The position numbers were made by a program, and so were the translations under genes. The notes under the pieces were generated by a model. That model saw only the letters and a list, made by a program, of their open reading frames with translations, had not been told where the DNA came from and did no database searches. From contig NC_042999.1 of assembly GCF_006345805.1 (NCBI RefSeq), positions 141,360,001 to 141,424,000 of the forward strand: a stretch of 64,000 nucleotides of DNA, written 5' to 3'. This DNA is from Octopus sinensis. Lineage: Eukaryota. The first letter of the stretch is position 1. Each line of letters starts with the position of its first letter. Positions 12,501-26,388 of the stretch are shown in pieces.

Positions 12501-15500
12501 ACAAGAATTTGTTAATATGCACCATGAACATTGCCAACTAAAGGGTTAAATCACCTGAAAGGACTATTTAGAGGATCAATAAATTATGAACTTGTTGCAT
12601 TTTATTAAATGATGGTTTCATATAAATTCAGTAATCTAGTCCCTGAAGTCTTTCCATGACAGGAAAATGCATTTAGCTTCCAGTAACTGAACCCTATCTA
12701 AAAATGTGACATGATAGATTGGAAAGTTCTTTGTTTTATATTGTTACATCTTCATTTTAATCTACAATTAACTGGAATACAGATGAAAATAATTCAAATA
12801 CCTGATATATTGAGAGAAGCCATTTCTGATGAATGACTTTCTAAATTAATTGGTGATACACAAGGACTAGATAAACGCTTGCTAGAATCTTCTAAAGAAC
12901 CTAAAGAATGTCGACGGAAATTTGATCGAGATCTGGTTGACAATGGAGATGATAGCTGGTGAATTGGTGATAAGACAGTTCCACTGCAGTCTAAAGCATC
13001 TCCAGCTATATATGATTTGTAACGACGACTACGGTGACTCACAGGACTTGAAGATAGTGGATTCTGAAAATTTAAAGTTAAATTATTTCCTTTTATACAA
13101 AATAAATATATGAAATGACATTACAATTTTTCTTTCTTAATATTGGCATGACTATGTGCACTAAGAACCTGAATATTTTGATTACTATCTATAAGATAGC
13201 AATGAAGTTTCAGTCCTGATGTATATTGACCAAAAGGTTATGCATTCAAACTCATTATTCTTATATCCCCCATCTAAGGCAATGTATATTACTTGCAGTC
13301 ATCTTCAGTGGTTAACTGAAATCAGTATCACCTCTATTTTGTCAGAGTGGTTAGCCACAAGAAGAGAAAATAGTTATGAAAACCATTTTCCAGTAATTTA
13401 AATTCAAATTTTCCAAAATTATTTCAAAACTAACACACTCATTTGTGTCAATAACATAAAATCAATTTTCTTTTTTTTTTTGCAAGGCACAAGGTTAATT
13501 CTCAAAAAGTGACGATTAGTCAAGTAAATATAAAAATGTTTTCTTGATATTTATTTTATTCACAATGGAAAATTGAATGTTCAAGTCAACTTTGGTGGAA
13601 TGAGGAAAGACAAAACTAAATACAATAAAGCATTTAGTCCAAGACTTTACCATCTTACTCTCTTCCTGAGAAATCTGGTTAAACCAATTTTTTTTTAAGT
13701 ATAAGGAATAATCTGTGAAGTCTTCATGTGGAAAGAATTGAACTCTGAACCTAAAAGTAAGCTAGCAATTTTAATCAAATACAGTGCTATTTCAGCCATT
13801 CCTATTGCCTTCATTAAATTAGTATTGATTCACTTCACTGTGACTCATTTGAGAATCATAAGCAAGTGCTTAATGTACTAGTAAACAAATTTGTTTATTA
13901 TTTCAGTTTTGAGGGTATTAGAAGTGAAGATCAATGCAGTTCTGTTTAAACGTAATATTGATGGCAGGGAAAGTATTGACAACAGATTTGATAAAGCAGA
14001 CTGTAAAAAAAGTAAAAATAACAATGAGATGTAGGTATACACTAACCATTGAAGCACATCTGTCCCAGTCGGGTGTGGTGGGTATAGGAGCAGGAGGTAT
14101 ATCACACTCATTTAAGGACTCGTCTGATCTGAAAGTACAGAAAATTTACAATATCTTAAATCTACTGTCATTAATTTTTGGTCTGTGTATGCAAAAAGTT
14201 ACTCTGAAAATATTTTTCGAGTGACAAAAACAAATATGTGTACACTGACTTCTTTAGCACTATGTATACTAATAGTAAACCTTTAAAAGTAAGACCCTCT
14301 CCGTAATGAATAACAATGGCCTCTTTATCACAACTAGCGACATTAATGCACATGTAAGCTTGCACTTTGGGAACCACTGACCTAGATAACAGAAGCTGTT
14401 GACTACCTCTAGTTTACCCACCTGGTAGTTGATGGAGCCTCTTTTCTGTACATTTTTAGTGTTTAGTGCACTTCTGCACCTTCCCAACACAAAAACTATA
14501 CTCCCAAGTCAACCTTCCTCTGATATTGCTGCAAGGCTTGCACTGGGTGCATCTTATAGAGTTTCTACCAATGCCTTTCTACAGATTGAGCAGGGCCATC
14601 TACCTGAAGGGATTTGTGATTTGTCTGCTCTCCTACTTACTAAGACTTTGGTTTTTGCTTGACTAACTTTAAGGCCCTTTGATTCTAGACCTTGTTTTCA
14701 TGCCTGCAATTTCTTCTCTAGTTCAGAAAGTGATTCAGCTATAAGAACAAGGTTATCATACAGGAGCTCACAGGGGCAGCCCATCTGAAATTTGAATTCC
14801 TCTGTTATTGCCTGGAGGACCATGAACACAAGGGGGCTGAGAACTGATCCTTGGTGAACCCCTACTTGTACCCTGAATTTATCACTGTGGTCGTTGCTAA
14901 CCTTCACTTCACTCACAGCATCCCTGTATTAAAACACTCAATGTAACTACAACCAAGGCAATTAGAAGATTTGTCAACCATAAATTAAATACTTTAATAA
15001 CAGTTCATTAAGAAATTAATATATAATGAACATATGTACAGTGCTCAGGTGCACAGAATGTGAACAGTGAAAAAGTCTAAAGAAAAGAAAAAAGGGATGG
15101 GGCATCAGGTGTACTGTTAGCAAATTTCAAGAAGCACGAAAGTTTTCAAGGATGTAGTGTCTCAAATGCTAACAACCGATGCAAGTAGTTTATTCCATGC
15201 TTCAGCAATTCTGAGTATGAAAAAATGTTTCCAAAAGTCATGGGTACTGTGCTGTATTTTGATTCTGTAAGTATGTTCATGAGTGTTAGACATGCAGAAT
15301 TCAAAAAGGTGCCCACAGTCGCTGTTGGAAAGATGGTGGATAATCTTGTGAGTATCTACCAAGTCAGTTGCCAGATGTCAGAGCTTTAATGTTGATGTCT
15401 GACGGTGGGTATTCATCTGGTAGCACATTTCTGAACAGTTTCTAGGAGATTGTTATGCTGAATAAGATAGTGTTTCCAGACTGGTGAAGAAAACTAAGTG

Positions 15501-18500
15501 TGGACTTGCCACAGTCATATACAGTTTTAAAAAGATAGCTGGAAAGCAACTGACAAAGGTCATACTGATTAATGCTAAGTCACCCTCAGCCTTCTTGACA
15601 ATCTTAGAGATGCAATTTGTCCAATACAGATCAGTGTTAACAATAATACCTGGGTCACATTCACTAACAGACTTCTTAAGATTATGTAAAAGCTGGATTT
15701 TTTCCCTCCCAAAATGCATGGTGATGCACTTGTTCACAGCCAGCTTGAGTTGCCAGTCAGTAATCCATTGCTGCATTGTGTCCAAGTCTGATTGCAAGAA
15801 AGATCTATAGCATATAGGATTTATTCTTTTTATCTTAAGGAACAACTTGATATCTTGACATATATGACAAAAAATGTCATGCAGAATGATAATGAATCTA
15901 CTGACTTGTATTTGGATGCTATCAATGTATGCATTAACTCCTTGGAAGATCACAACAGAAATTTACAGGCATATGTGCCATGCTTTTGCATGGACTTAAT
16001 ACATGAACTTATCCTTTAGACAGTTTATTGCATTCTTCTATCACAAATTACAATAAACTTGAATGTTTTGTGAGATCAGAATTTTATGAAAGTTTGTAGT
16101 CTGTTGAAACTAGTAATACTAGCAAGAGAATTTTCAAATGCATGCAAGAAGTGTTTGAATTCCAAGCAGGCCAATACAGAAGGAATTGTATTTTCAACAT
16201 GTAGAATGCTGTCCATTTTGATTCACTGAATAAACTGCCATAAGAAGTAACAATAAGGAATCCATATCCCAAAGACTTTATTTAACAAATAATGCATCTG
16301 CTCAACACCCAGATCAAGTAAAGGAGAGCATTCATCACATGATACATCAATTATTACAACCAACTTCAAAATCTAAAACTGAAAATTAATCAACACTTTA
16401 ACCTAATACAAATGTTCCTATGTTTGACTCAAGGGCAGTTGGGAAAGAATTTGGATTCTGCTCTTTCTCTACAGAGCAAATTATGAAACAAAAGCTTAAA
16501 TGGACTGTCTCATACATGAAGGATAGGTAAATGTGGTGGGTGTATCGTCCTATATAAGTGAGCCAAATATTTGAACTCTTTAGCATTCAGATAACTGTCA
16601 AATGTAATACTTATTCACATTGTTTTAAATTAATCAAGCATTATCTTGTAGCTTTGAGATTTCAATGATGTGATTTTTTTTTTGAATGACACTAGGGTAA
16701 ATTTGTACTAAGCTATTTGCTCAATATCTTACATACTCATTCATTTTTTTTTTTACAGGTCTTGTAAAAGGTAAATAGGTATTCAGAGCTGATGTAATTT
16801 CGTGTTAAAACAATGAAATACAGTTGAAATAGTTTTGATTTTGTTTTCAAGACAGAACTAGCCATTGGGACTTACCTGGCCATATTACTGCCCATTGAAC
16901 TACTGTCACTCTCCTGAAACTCTTGACAGAACAGTTTGCGCCGAAGACTAGCAGTACTGAACGATTCTGACTGGCTATTTTCAGCATCACTCCTTTTCTC
17001 TTCATAAGTCATATATTGTCCTACAAGTTATCAATAGTGTTAAATTAGTTTAAGTATAAGAAGTACAAGGCAGTCAGAAAAATAGTAGAGGGAAGATAGA
17101 AGAAAAGAGAGGAAAGTAAAAGGGAAAGAGAATGACAGATGAATAGCAGAGAGAAGAAAGAGAGCAAGAAAGGAGAAGTGAGAAAAAGAAAATAGAAAAG
17201 AGAGAGAGGATGTGTGTGTGTGTATATGTGTGAAAATGAAAATAACTTACCTAAAACCTTATTGATATTGAGGTCTAATGGTAAAGTTAAACATGTCTGA
17301 CAGCCAACTACAAATAAGAAAAACATGACCATTCAGTTAATCAGAAACAGATAAAAGAGAATAAGAACAAATCTTCAAATACAGTGAGTGTGAAGACTCT
17401 GGATTATTAATCACAAAGTTGTAAGTTAAAACCTTGTTATTACAAACAACAAGTTCCACTACTGTCACTTCACTGTTGAGTTGTTAGTAGAAGGATCTGC
17501 GTCCATTTTCCATGCTGGCATGGGTTAGACGGTTTAACAGGAGCCAACCACCTGAAGGGCTGTTCAGGTTCCATATCTGTTTTAGGATGGTTTCTTTGGC
17601 TGGATGGTTTCTTTGGCTGGATGCCCTTCTAAACACCAACCACTTCAAAGAATGTACTAGTTATAATATGAAAATTATTTCAAGACTTCATGCAAATGTC
17701 TAAATTTGTAAAAGTCATTCCTGAGAGGAATGGTTTTTGCAAATTTAGAAAGAAAACTGATAACAAACTACAAAGCAAAATATAGTTTAAGCCTGCAAAG
17801 CTCCCATTTTTTATTCCTTATCTAATGAAGAAAGGCAGTTTTCATAGTCCTTTTACAGACTCAGTTATATAAGTCAATCGAAGGAGAGGAGCTTTCTCCG
17901 TCCGGGTTGCGGATCCGTGGAACAAGCTGCCAGACGAGATGGTGAAGATGCCGACGACCGCTTTGTTCAAAGCCTCCCTGGACCTCAAGTGGCCTGAACT
18001 CTTTACATGAACACCACCCTGTACTTAACTCCATGTCCCCCTACATGGCCTTGCTATTTGCTTTTGAGCCAAATTAACTAACTAACTAACTAACTAACAT
18101 AAGAGTAAAAGAGTACCTGAGGTAAATGTGATTACCGCTCAATTTGAATTGTAGCAAAATTTAATGATTCATGACCAGTGAGAAGAAATGTCAAGTGATG
18201 CAGTACTGAGTTAAAAGGTAGGTAAAATAATTGAAGTAGAACTTGTGGTATGGTAGGAGGTGATATAGTAGATGTAGGAAGAGGGAAATGAGTACAGTGA
18301 ATTCCAGGTAGGGGTCCACCAAGGATCAGTCCTCAGCCTCCTCTTATTCATCATAGTCCTCCAGGCAATAATAGAGGAATTCAAGACAGGATGCCCCTGG
18401 GAGCTTCTCTATGCTGATGACCTTGCTCTAATAGCTGAGTAACTATCAGAAGTAGAGAAGCAAGGACTAGAATGGAAGCAAGGACAAGAATCGAAGGGCT

Positions 18501-21500
18501 TTAGAGTCAACCTAGCAAAAACCAAAGTCTTAATAAGTAGTTAGGCTGACAAACCACAAATCCCTTCAGGTAGATGGCCCTGCTAGATCTGTAGAAAAAA
18601 CGTAGGTAGAAACTCCATAAAATGTACCCAGTGTAAGCTATAGACGCATAAGAGGTGCAGCAATATCAAAGGAAGGCTAACTGGGAAGATAGTTATTGTG
18701 CGTGGCAAATGCTCAGGAGCAATAAACACTGAAAATGTGAAGAAAACAGCTTCCGTCACATTCCAAGGGGAAAAACTACAAGTAGTTGATAGCTTCTGTT
18801 ATCTAGGTGACCAAGTCGGTAGCAGGGGTGGATGCTCTGAAAGTGTAGCTGCTAGAATAAGAATAGCCTGGGCAAGGTTCAGAGAGCTCCTACCTCTGCT
18901 GGTGACAAAGGGCCGCTCGCTCAGAGTAAAAGGTAGACTGTATGACGCATGTGTGTGAACAGCCATGCTACATGGCAGTGAAACATTGGCTGTGACTGCT
19001 GAGGACATGTCTAAGCTTGCAAGGAATGAAGCCAGTATGCTCCGCTGGATGTGTAATGTCAGTGTGCATACACAACAGAGTGTAAGCATCCTGAGAGAAA
19101 AGTTGGACTTAAGAAGCATCAGATGTGGTGTGCAAGAGAGACGATTGCACTGATATGGTCATGTGTTGCAAATGGATGAGGACAGCTGTGTGAAAAAGTG
19201 TCACACCCTAGCAAGTTGACGGACCCTGTGGAAGAGACAGACCCAGGAAGACCTGGGACGAGGTGGTGAAGCATGACATTTGAACATTGGGCCTCTCCGA
19301 GGCAATGACAAGTGACCGAGACCTTTAGAGATAAGCTGTGCTTGAGAAGACCTGGAAAGCCAAGTGAGACCATAACCTCGTGGCCTATACCAGTGCTGCA
19401 TAACCAGCCCGTTTAAGAGTACCCTTCAAACATTGGGCAATAATCCCTGCTTGCGAAGTCCTGTTGAGGCAAGTGAAATCATTGTCGTGACTGATGACAG
19501 TACCACCTGACTGGCACGGGTGCCAGTGGAACATTAAAAGCACCATTTGAGCGAGATTGTTGCCAGTTTCGCCTAACTAGCTCCTGTGCTGGTGGCACAT
19601 GAAAAGCACCATTTGAGTGTGGTCATTGCCAGCGTCACCTGACTGACTCCTGTGCAGGTGGCACATAAAAAGCACCATTTGAGCGTGGTTGATGCCAGTA
19701 CCGCCTGACAGGCCCTTGTGCCACTGGCATGTTAAAGCACCCTCTACACTCTCAGAGTGGTTGGTGTTAAGAAGGGCATCCAGCTGTAGAAACTTTGCTA
19801 GATCAGATTGGAGCCTGGTGCAGCCCTCAGTCAAACAGTCCAACCCATGCCAGCATGGAAAGCAGACGTTAAGCAAAAATGATGATGTATAAGCAGGTTT
19901 AAGTGAAATATGTTTTGAAAAGAAAACTGAAATACTTTACTAGTAACAGATTTCTTAGAAGTTGCATTTTCATTCTGATCTGATTTTTCTGAAACATATA
20001 TAAAAGCAAATATTAACTGAATGAATAACCAAATAAATAAAAAGGGATTCATTTCTATGCTTCAGAAGCTAATACAAAAACTAACTAATGGAAGAGGATG
20101 TCTACCTGCTAACCCTGCTTAAAATAGCAGCCAAATTTGCCTCATATTACATCCTTTACTGAAAAAAGCAAAAAAAAAAAAAAAAAAGATTGAATGGTTA
20201 TTAACTGAATGACTAATCATTAGTCAACTTGATCAGGGTTGATCTGGATGTTAAACAACAACAAAGTCAATCAATGATAGTGTTCTGTAGCTAAGGCACT
20301 TAATTCTTACTTAGCTAAACATAAGTACCATGTGGTGGTAAGGTACTCAATAATTTAGCTATGTTTTGATAGCTTGCATTACTAAACTCAAATCCTTTTA
20401 TCAATAATAGAAGCTCAGTGGGGTTAATCACACACACACAAAAGCTAGTAGATGACTAATTATTATAACAGTGTGTGGTAAATAAATCCTGCACACATGT
20501 GTATATCATTATCATCCTTTTCCATATTGGCATTGGTTAGATGTATCTAGCAGAAACACACCATTATTATGATCTTTCATTATCAGACATACACCACACA
20601 GAAGCAGACAAAAAAAGGAACCTCTACATGGTCTTTCAACCTACTAAAAATAGCAGCTAAATCTCTCTCAAATCACACCTCTACCTTCTTACATTATAAG
20701 GTGAAGACCCATTATATAATGTAGTCCTACATACCACTAAAACGACAGGATGGTTATGGATGGAATGTTCAGAATCAACCAAGATTAGACAACAAAAAAC
20801 AGTCATTTTTGTAGTAGGTTTTGTTATTTTGGCATAGTTTTCACAGCCAGATGTCTTTTGTATTACCCACCACTTTACTGCATGAACTATATACATACAC
20901 AAGATAACTTGAAAGTAGTTTAACCCTTTTGCTACTCTTAATAAGAATATTAATTTTTTTTTTGTTATTAGAAATAAAATAATTTGTAAAGGAGGAATAT
21001 AACTGTGAGAATGCAAAATGAAGTAAATAATATGAAGCCACAAGTTTGGCAGAATAAAGAGTAGATTTCTACAGAAACTTATAAGTAATCTTCAATTATG
21101 TCATTAAAATATCAAATTCAATGCACAAGTTCAATATATAAATAGCAAATAACAATGTTTCTTTAACATACCATTTTCTATTGGAGAAAGTACAACAAGA
21201 CGAGTATTAAAATATTGCTCTATGGCTTCCTGAGCTTTTGTCTCTATTGCAGGACTGCAAACAGAAGATATTGTGGTAAAATGTGAAAAAACATCATGTA
21301 AATAAAGTCTTACTTAAATGAATTTTGTGGAATCAAAAACTCATGTTGCTTTAAACACTGTTATGAATAGTTTTATTTCTCAGATGTCAAGAAATAATTT
21401 CCAATCATATGAAACCTAAACCTATAAGCATAATGCAAATATCAACAAGACAACAAAATATGCAATGTGATCTGAATGTAGATTTTAACATGGCATTTAG

Positions 21501-23511
21501 GTTGAGTATTTCAGCAGTACATTTAATTTACCTAATTGAGGAATAGCCATAACTTGCAGGCAAATATGACAGGATAGTATGTTCCTTGCTTTTACCAATT
21601 GATTTAGGTGCCTATTCTATTAATAAATACAAATACAGATACTGTAAATGATGAATGTGAAAGAAATGCACTAGTCATTTCCATCTGAAGATCAGTTTTA
21701 GTGTGCCATTTGAATAATATTGATGAAATACAATATGCAGTTGTAACAGATGTCAGAGGATTTGAACTTACTATTGATATTATTAGATTACCAGTAATCC
21801 TTAGACTATCACGGATGTTATGTTCCACCCCCACCCCTGCAATATGAGAAAATCCACGAAGTAGAAACAGTACTGTATATCTATTATTAATATTTTTATA
21901 ATAAATGCAAAACAACAGCATAGAGGAATCAACATAAGCTTAAATAATAAACCACAATAGGTGAACTGCGATATGGTGAGGAATTACTGTATTCTTTATT
22001 ATTCACACTTCAATTTACTCAGCTGAATAAATTACTTCTGTGAACTTATTTATAACAAGAAGTAGTCGGTCTTAAGGGAATAATATCTGTGTTAGGCTGA
22101 TATTCTATCCAAAGAAAATATCATGCATTTGCTTAACAACATCAAAGCAAAGCTAAATGCCAAACCCTAATGGCCTTTACAAAGGCTAAAGGAGATACTA
22201 ACATACATTGTACCAGGTATATGGTTTACTGTGAGAGTACATGACATCAGTTAGTCAAGGAGAAAAGCAAGAGTAAGGCACTGAAGGACATGTCTATTGC
22301 AGATTGTATAACCACACCATAGGATGAACAGCCAATCTTGTTCTTCACCAACTGGAATTTGATGGACAGCTAATCTTTTTCTTCACTGACTGGAATTTAT
22401 CTCTGGTTTCATAGGTATTAAATAAATGAGACAAATCACACCTTATAGATTAAACTGCACTGAAGTCTGCATTGCAAATCAGTAAATCATTCATTGATTT
22501 TATATTGAAGTTTCTATTTGCAATCATACCATGCTGCAGTACCTATTTACATGTAGATAAATTGGGCTGATGAGAATTAAGGATTACAGATACAACTCAA
22601 TTTCATGTGATCAGACACAAACCAGCAACCTCACAACCCAATACCCTATCAACTTGAACATCTGTCTTGTACAGAATACAATATTTCAAATTTTCCTAGC
22701 AGATAGTAACTTCAGCAACATTGGTCTTTCCAGGCTGATCTCACTCTAAATGTAAAATCTCCTATAATCCATTAGGTCATAGGAGGGCCTTCAAAGACTA
22801 TCTTCATTTAGTGAAAGTCAGTGCAATAGAATTAAGTTTTATCCCAAGAAGTTGAGCTTAACACTGCAAGTGAATAATGAATTCTCCCTATGCTGTTGTA
22901 CTTTACAGTTAAGTGAACTAGACCACAGACACAAAACAGTTGAAGGCTTACAAACCAGCAGCTAATCAGTTGGTTTACCAATGCTCTAACACAACAACCT
23001 GCTTTCTCTATCCCCGATATGACAGTGCCACAAATGTTTGTTTTTTTTTTGCTTTATGTCCATTTTTCCATGCTAGCGTGAGTTGGATGAGTACTTATTG
23101 AGGTATATTTTTATCTTTTATAGAGATTTGCACTTCCTGTTATTAACCCTCGCCTGTTTTTCAAACAAGGTTTTTTTTTTATTCAACTTATCTTCAAAAG
23201 TGCAGAGCTAGACAATAGTTTGTTGACTGACAGTGTCAACAACATCACTATTTTTTTTTGTTCAACACTCTCATGCAAGGAAACAGAATAGGGTAGGGAA
23301 GAGAGGGTGACAAGTGTAGATACTGAGTAGGGTGGAGGAGTGGATGTAGTGAATGGTTGGTAAGGAGGGGGAAGTGACCAATGATGATGGGGATAAAGAG
23401 TAGTAGTATAGTGATGAGGATACAACAGACAAGGGAAAGGAGATGAGGGAGAGGCAGTCATAATGGAAGGGAAGTATGAGACATATATATATATTACACA
23501 CACACACATAT

Positions 23512-23599
<88 letters not shown>

Positions 23600-25883
23600 T
23601 GCAATAAGCTTCCATACAGCATCCATGTACCGATTCCACTCACAAAGCATTGATTAACCCAAGGCTACAGATACTTGTTCAGGGTGACACACAGTGAGAT
23701 AGAACTAAAGATCACTGTCACTTGCAGAAATACAACCTTAACACAACTGGGGTGGGAAGGAGAATCAACTAAAATGCAGTATGGAACATAGAAGCAATAG
23801 TCAACAAAAATTCACCTGTTCTGGCAATACTATATAGAAATACCAGGCTAGCTCCTTTCTCTAACAAAAGGATTCACTAGAAACTGGATATTTACCTTTT
23901 TAATATCAACACACATGAAACTATTCTTACTAAAATGTTCATCTTTAGTTCAAAATCTCATTCAGACATGAATAATAACAGATTCTAAATGATCAATGCA
24001 AGCAAAAAGTAATAGATAATTAAACTATCAGAAAGTTTACATTAAATTGAAAATTAATTAAAACCCTTAGGTAGTCTTATTAGAAATATAGCTACAAATA
24101 TAGTAAAAAAAAAAAGGTTAAAGATCAAGGTCCTATCCCCATTCTTTATATTTTCCTTTGAATTATTATGAAGGAATTCAAGATCCATTGCTTACAGGGT
24201 CACTTGGTTCTGAGTTTCTTCACTAGTTTTGATAATGGCATTAGTAGTGATGATGATAGTACTGGAGGTAGTAATAGTGGTAGTGATGAAGGTGATAATG
24301 GTAATCAAAGAACAGTTGTGTGGAAATAGTGACAATGAGAACAATGATAATAAGGATGAGGTCAGTGATGAAAGTAGTTGCAATTATAAGCTTCCTTACT
24401 TGAATGTGGACTTATACTGAGGTTTTTCATCAATTTCAACTGGATGTAAAGTAGCCAGTTGGTCAATTGTCCACTCAAAATTCTACAAGAAAGAAAATAT
24501 GTAAAACATTTGAAAAGTAAAATAAAAATACAAAACATAAATTAATTTATGAAATACAAAATGACAAGAAAGAAATGATAAATGTGCTGCCAAACCACAA
24601 AACACAAAGAATGAAAAGTAATGTATTTACCCACATTATCAATATTTTATATACACAGCCATTGGGTCACTGAATTAATGAATCTATAGATAAGACAATA
24701 TTTGAGCACACTTCCACTTACCAAAAAATAAGTTTCTTTTAACACAAGATTAGTTTTCTTTAGGAATCAGATGATTAAATTAAGCAGTTTTTCTTTTTAA
24801 ATTGTTATCCCTTTACATTTGGATCTAAATTCCACCATTGCTTCTTTTATCTACCATGAAGAATGAAAATGAACCACAGGTATGGCTCTGTGATGAAGAA
24901 CTTTGCTTCACAACTACTTAGTTTCTGTTCAATCCCACAGTGTATCAAGAGGGTTTGTTCCTGATACATTTAATCTGTTGCTTGTTTGAACACAACTGTC
25001 TGGCTCTTGGATGCTTTTAGCAGAGTGCATTCTGTTGCATAAAGGCCTGGAAAATGGTCATGGAATTACCCTTCACACTCTGTGTCATAAAAGAACAGAA
25101 TATAAACTCAAAATATAAGATGATGTGATAAAGCTGGATAGCATCCAGTTATACATACATTTATGTAAATATCCAAAACATTCCAGCCTGGCAAAAAAGA
25201 TGAAAAATATTGGTTTCAGCTTTTGGCACAAGGTCAGTTATTTAGAGGGAGGAGTTAAGTCAATTACATTGACCCAAGTGTTCAAGTGGTACTTATTTTA
25301 TCAACGCTGAAAGGATGAAAGGTGAAGTCGACATTGGTGGAATTTGAACTTGGAATGTGAAGATGGATGAAATGTCACTAAACATTTTACCTGGTGTGCT
25401 AATGATCCTGCCAGCTTGCTGACTTAAAACAGATGTAAAATATTAAATTATATACATGTACCCATACAGTAATACAAGGTTTATTACCTCTTCGTTGGAA
25501 TTTGGAGTTGCCATATTAAAAATTCCAGGAGAAACCACGGAACTGCTCAACTGGTTAATAAGTGCAATTTCAAAAGGGTTTTTTACTTGTGATTGTGGAG
25601 TTGAGAGATGCTGGTGTCTGGAATACTGGTCTTTGACACTTTGAGGTGTGCTATGCATTAATATGGAGCGAGCAGAACAGGAAGCTGATGAAAGAGCAGA
25701 TACCAAAGACTTGTTGTAAGGACTAGGTAACAGAGATCTAATAAGATATCCATTCTTCTCAAAAGGAGATGCTGTGTGGTTATTGTTGCTCTTCTTGCTA
25801 AGTGGTGTATCTCTGATATCATTTGGTGTAGAAGCGTTGGACAGCAAACATGGGCTGAAGTTTGGAGACATTGGAGAGGTCAT
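9446..25883 (-). CDS. bora: Protein aurora borealis (Aurora-A/Plk1 activator), gene model complement(join(9446..9504,10403..11278,12802..13063,14047..14128,16876..17020,17251..17307,19941..19988,21172..21254,24400..24482,25488..25883)), 2091 nt, 696 aa
   Basis: Manually spliced exons with GT-AG boundaries and consistent phases give an open frame from ATG (CACAATG) to TAA. It contains Bora-family motifs NPFE..SPGIF, FEWTIDQLATLHPVEIDE, AQEAIEQYF, CQTCLTLPLD, SLRRKLF, LSSSP and a DTGYMS degron-like motif. Confidence 0.88.
10403..11278 (-). CDS. bora: bora coding exon 9 (876 nt, S/T-rich disordered region)
   Basis: 310-aa ORF 10395..11327. Acceptor ...AATTCCAG; donor GCAA|GTAAGT. Confidence 0.85.
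12802..13063 (-). CDS. bora: bora coding exon 8 (NPLSSSPVSHR…EMASLNIS)
   Basis: Extends ORF 12794..13042. Acceptor TTTAAATTTTCAG; donor CAG|GTATTT; SP-rich. Confidence 0.85.
14047..14128 (-). CDS. bora: bora coding exon 7 (SDESLNECDIPPAPIPTTPDWDRCASM)
   Basis: Acceptor TTTTCTGTACTTTCAG; donor ATG|GTTAGT. Phase 2->0 exactly bridges exons 6 and 8. Confidence 0.8.
14255..14935 (-). mobile_element. Degenerate RTE LINE fragment
   Basis: ORF 14698..14916 (VGVHQGSVLSPL); reverse-complement similarity to 18290-18900. Confidence 0.8.
15020..15930 (-). mobile_element. Degenerate 3' fragment of the same CR1 family as 2451-6221
   Basis: LQSDLDTMQQWITDWQLKLAV and the 3'UTR GTGCACCTGAGCACTGTACA are shared with the near-intact copy. 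Confidence 0.88.
16876..17020 (-). CDS. bora: bora coding exon 6 (…STASLRRKLFCQE…)
   Basis: SLRRKLF motif. Acceptor ACTTGTAG; donor CAG|GTAAGT. Confidence 0.9.
17251..17307 (-). CDS. bora: bora coding exon 5 (GCQTCLTLPLDLNINKVL)
   Basis: Acceptor TTCTTATTTGTAG; donor TAG|GTAAGT. Resembles the vertebrate Bora CQTLLSLPVDFNL segment. Confidence 0.88.
17872..18099 (+). mobile_element. Short 3' end of a second CR1-like family with (ACTA)n tail
   Basis: RRRAFSVRVADPWNKLPDEMV…FKASLD RT C-terminus with CpGs intact; tail AACTAACTAACTAACTAAC. Confidence 0.7.
18288..19888 (+). mobile_element. Degenerate RTE-clade LINE 3' half with VNTR-containing 3' region and (GAT)n tail
   Basis: GVHQGSVLSPLLF and LLYADDL remnants, LLHGSET-type ORF pieces, frameshifts and stops. 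Confidence 0.85.
19941..19988 (-). CDS. bora: bora putative small coding exon 4 (EKSDQNENATSKKSVT)
   Basis: Acceptor TTTTATATATGTTTCAG; donor CTA|GTAAAG; 48 nt, phase 1->1. The frame is also kept if the exon is skipped, so its inclusion is inferred. Confidence 0.55.
21172..21254 (-). CDS. bora: bora coding exon 3 (PAIETKAQEAIEQYFNTRLVVLSPIEN)
   Basis: Acceptor TCTTCTGTTTGCAG; donor ATG|GTATGT; phase 2->1. Matches the Bora Q-x-A-I-E-x-F/Y-F motif. Confidence 0.88.
23482..23600. repeat. (AT)n/(CA)n microsatellite
   Basis: Direct reading. Confidence 0.95.
24400..24482 (-). CDS. bora: bora coding exon 2 (NFEWTIDQLATLHPVEIDEKPQYKSTF)
   Basis: Most conserved Bora N-terminal motif. Acceptor TTTCTTTCTTGTAG; donor AA|GTAAGG. 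Confidence 0.92.
25488..25883 (-). CDS. bora: bora coding exon 1 (MTSPMSP...NPFE...SPGIFNMATPNSNEE)
   Basis: ORF 25443..25883. Acceptor TTTTTTAAACATAG 9 nt upstream of the ATG; donor GAG|GTAATA, phase 0. Confidence 0.85.
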
Positions 25884-26388
25884 TGTGCTGAACTATGTTT
25901 AAAAAAGAAAAAGGGAAAATTACTTTTGATTAAATACAAGGCCAAATGTCCATCATCGTACAGTATTTCAAAACTTGGGAAATCTTGTAAATAATAGGAC
26001 TTTTCTCTTCGCTTAACTACACTAGGCAGACTTATTGCGATAAAAATTAAGTCTCCAGAGAGACAGGTCACTTCTATCCTAGATATGAGGGTACTGGTTG
26101 TTGTAATCTATAATTTCAAGGAGTCAATATTTAAGAGAACTAACAAAGTCGTTAATACATAGTTCAGCTGTTGTCATTGAATACAGTTTCCAATAGTAAC
26201 AAATAGTAAGAATCTTTTACACGAAAACCCTCAGATATATTATAGATGAGATATCGTCTTTACAAAAAGCAATAAATCAATGTACAATTAATAAACCAAA
26301 ATGTCATTAACCGTGTTTTCAATTTAAAATTGAAAGAAAACAATGTTTTAATCGTCAATTATAAATTAAAAAATTCATTATATATATA

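Noticed and set aside
20700-20880. Possible extra minus-strand exon (VKWWVIQKTSGCENY…) and another at about 21772-21838 (GVGVEHNIRD…)
   Set aside because: No recognisable Bora similarity, donors are uncertain, and the bora model closes in frame without them.
23183-23657. ORFs rich in YIYI/CVCV (also at 28878-29307, 31951-32326, 33139-33511)
   Set aside because: Translations of (AT)n/(CA)n microsatellites.
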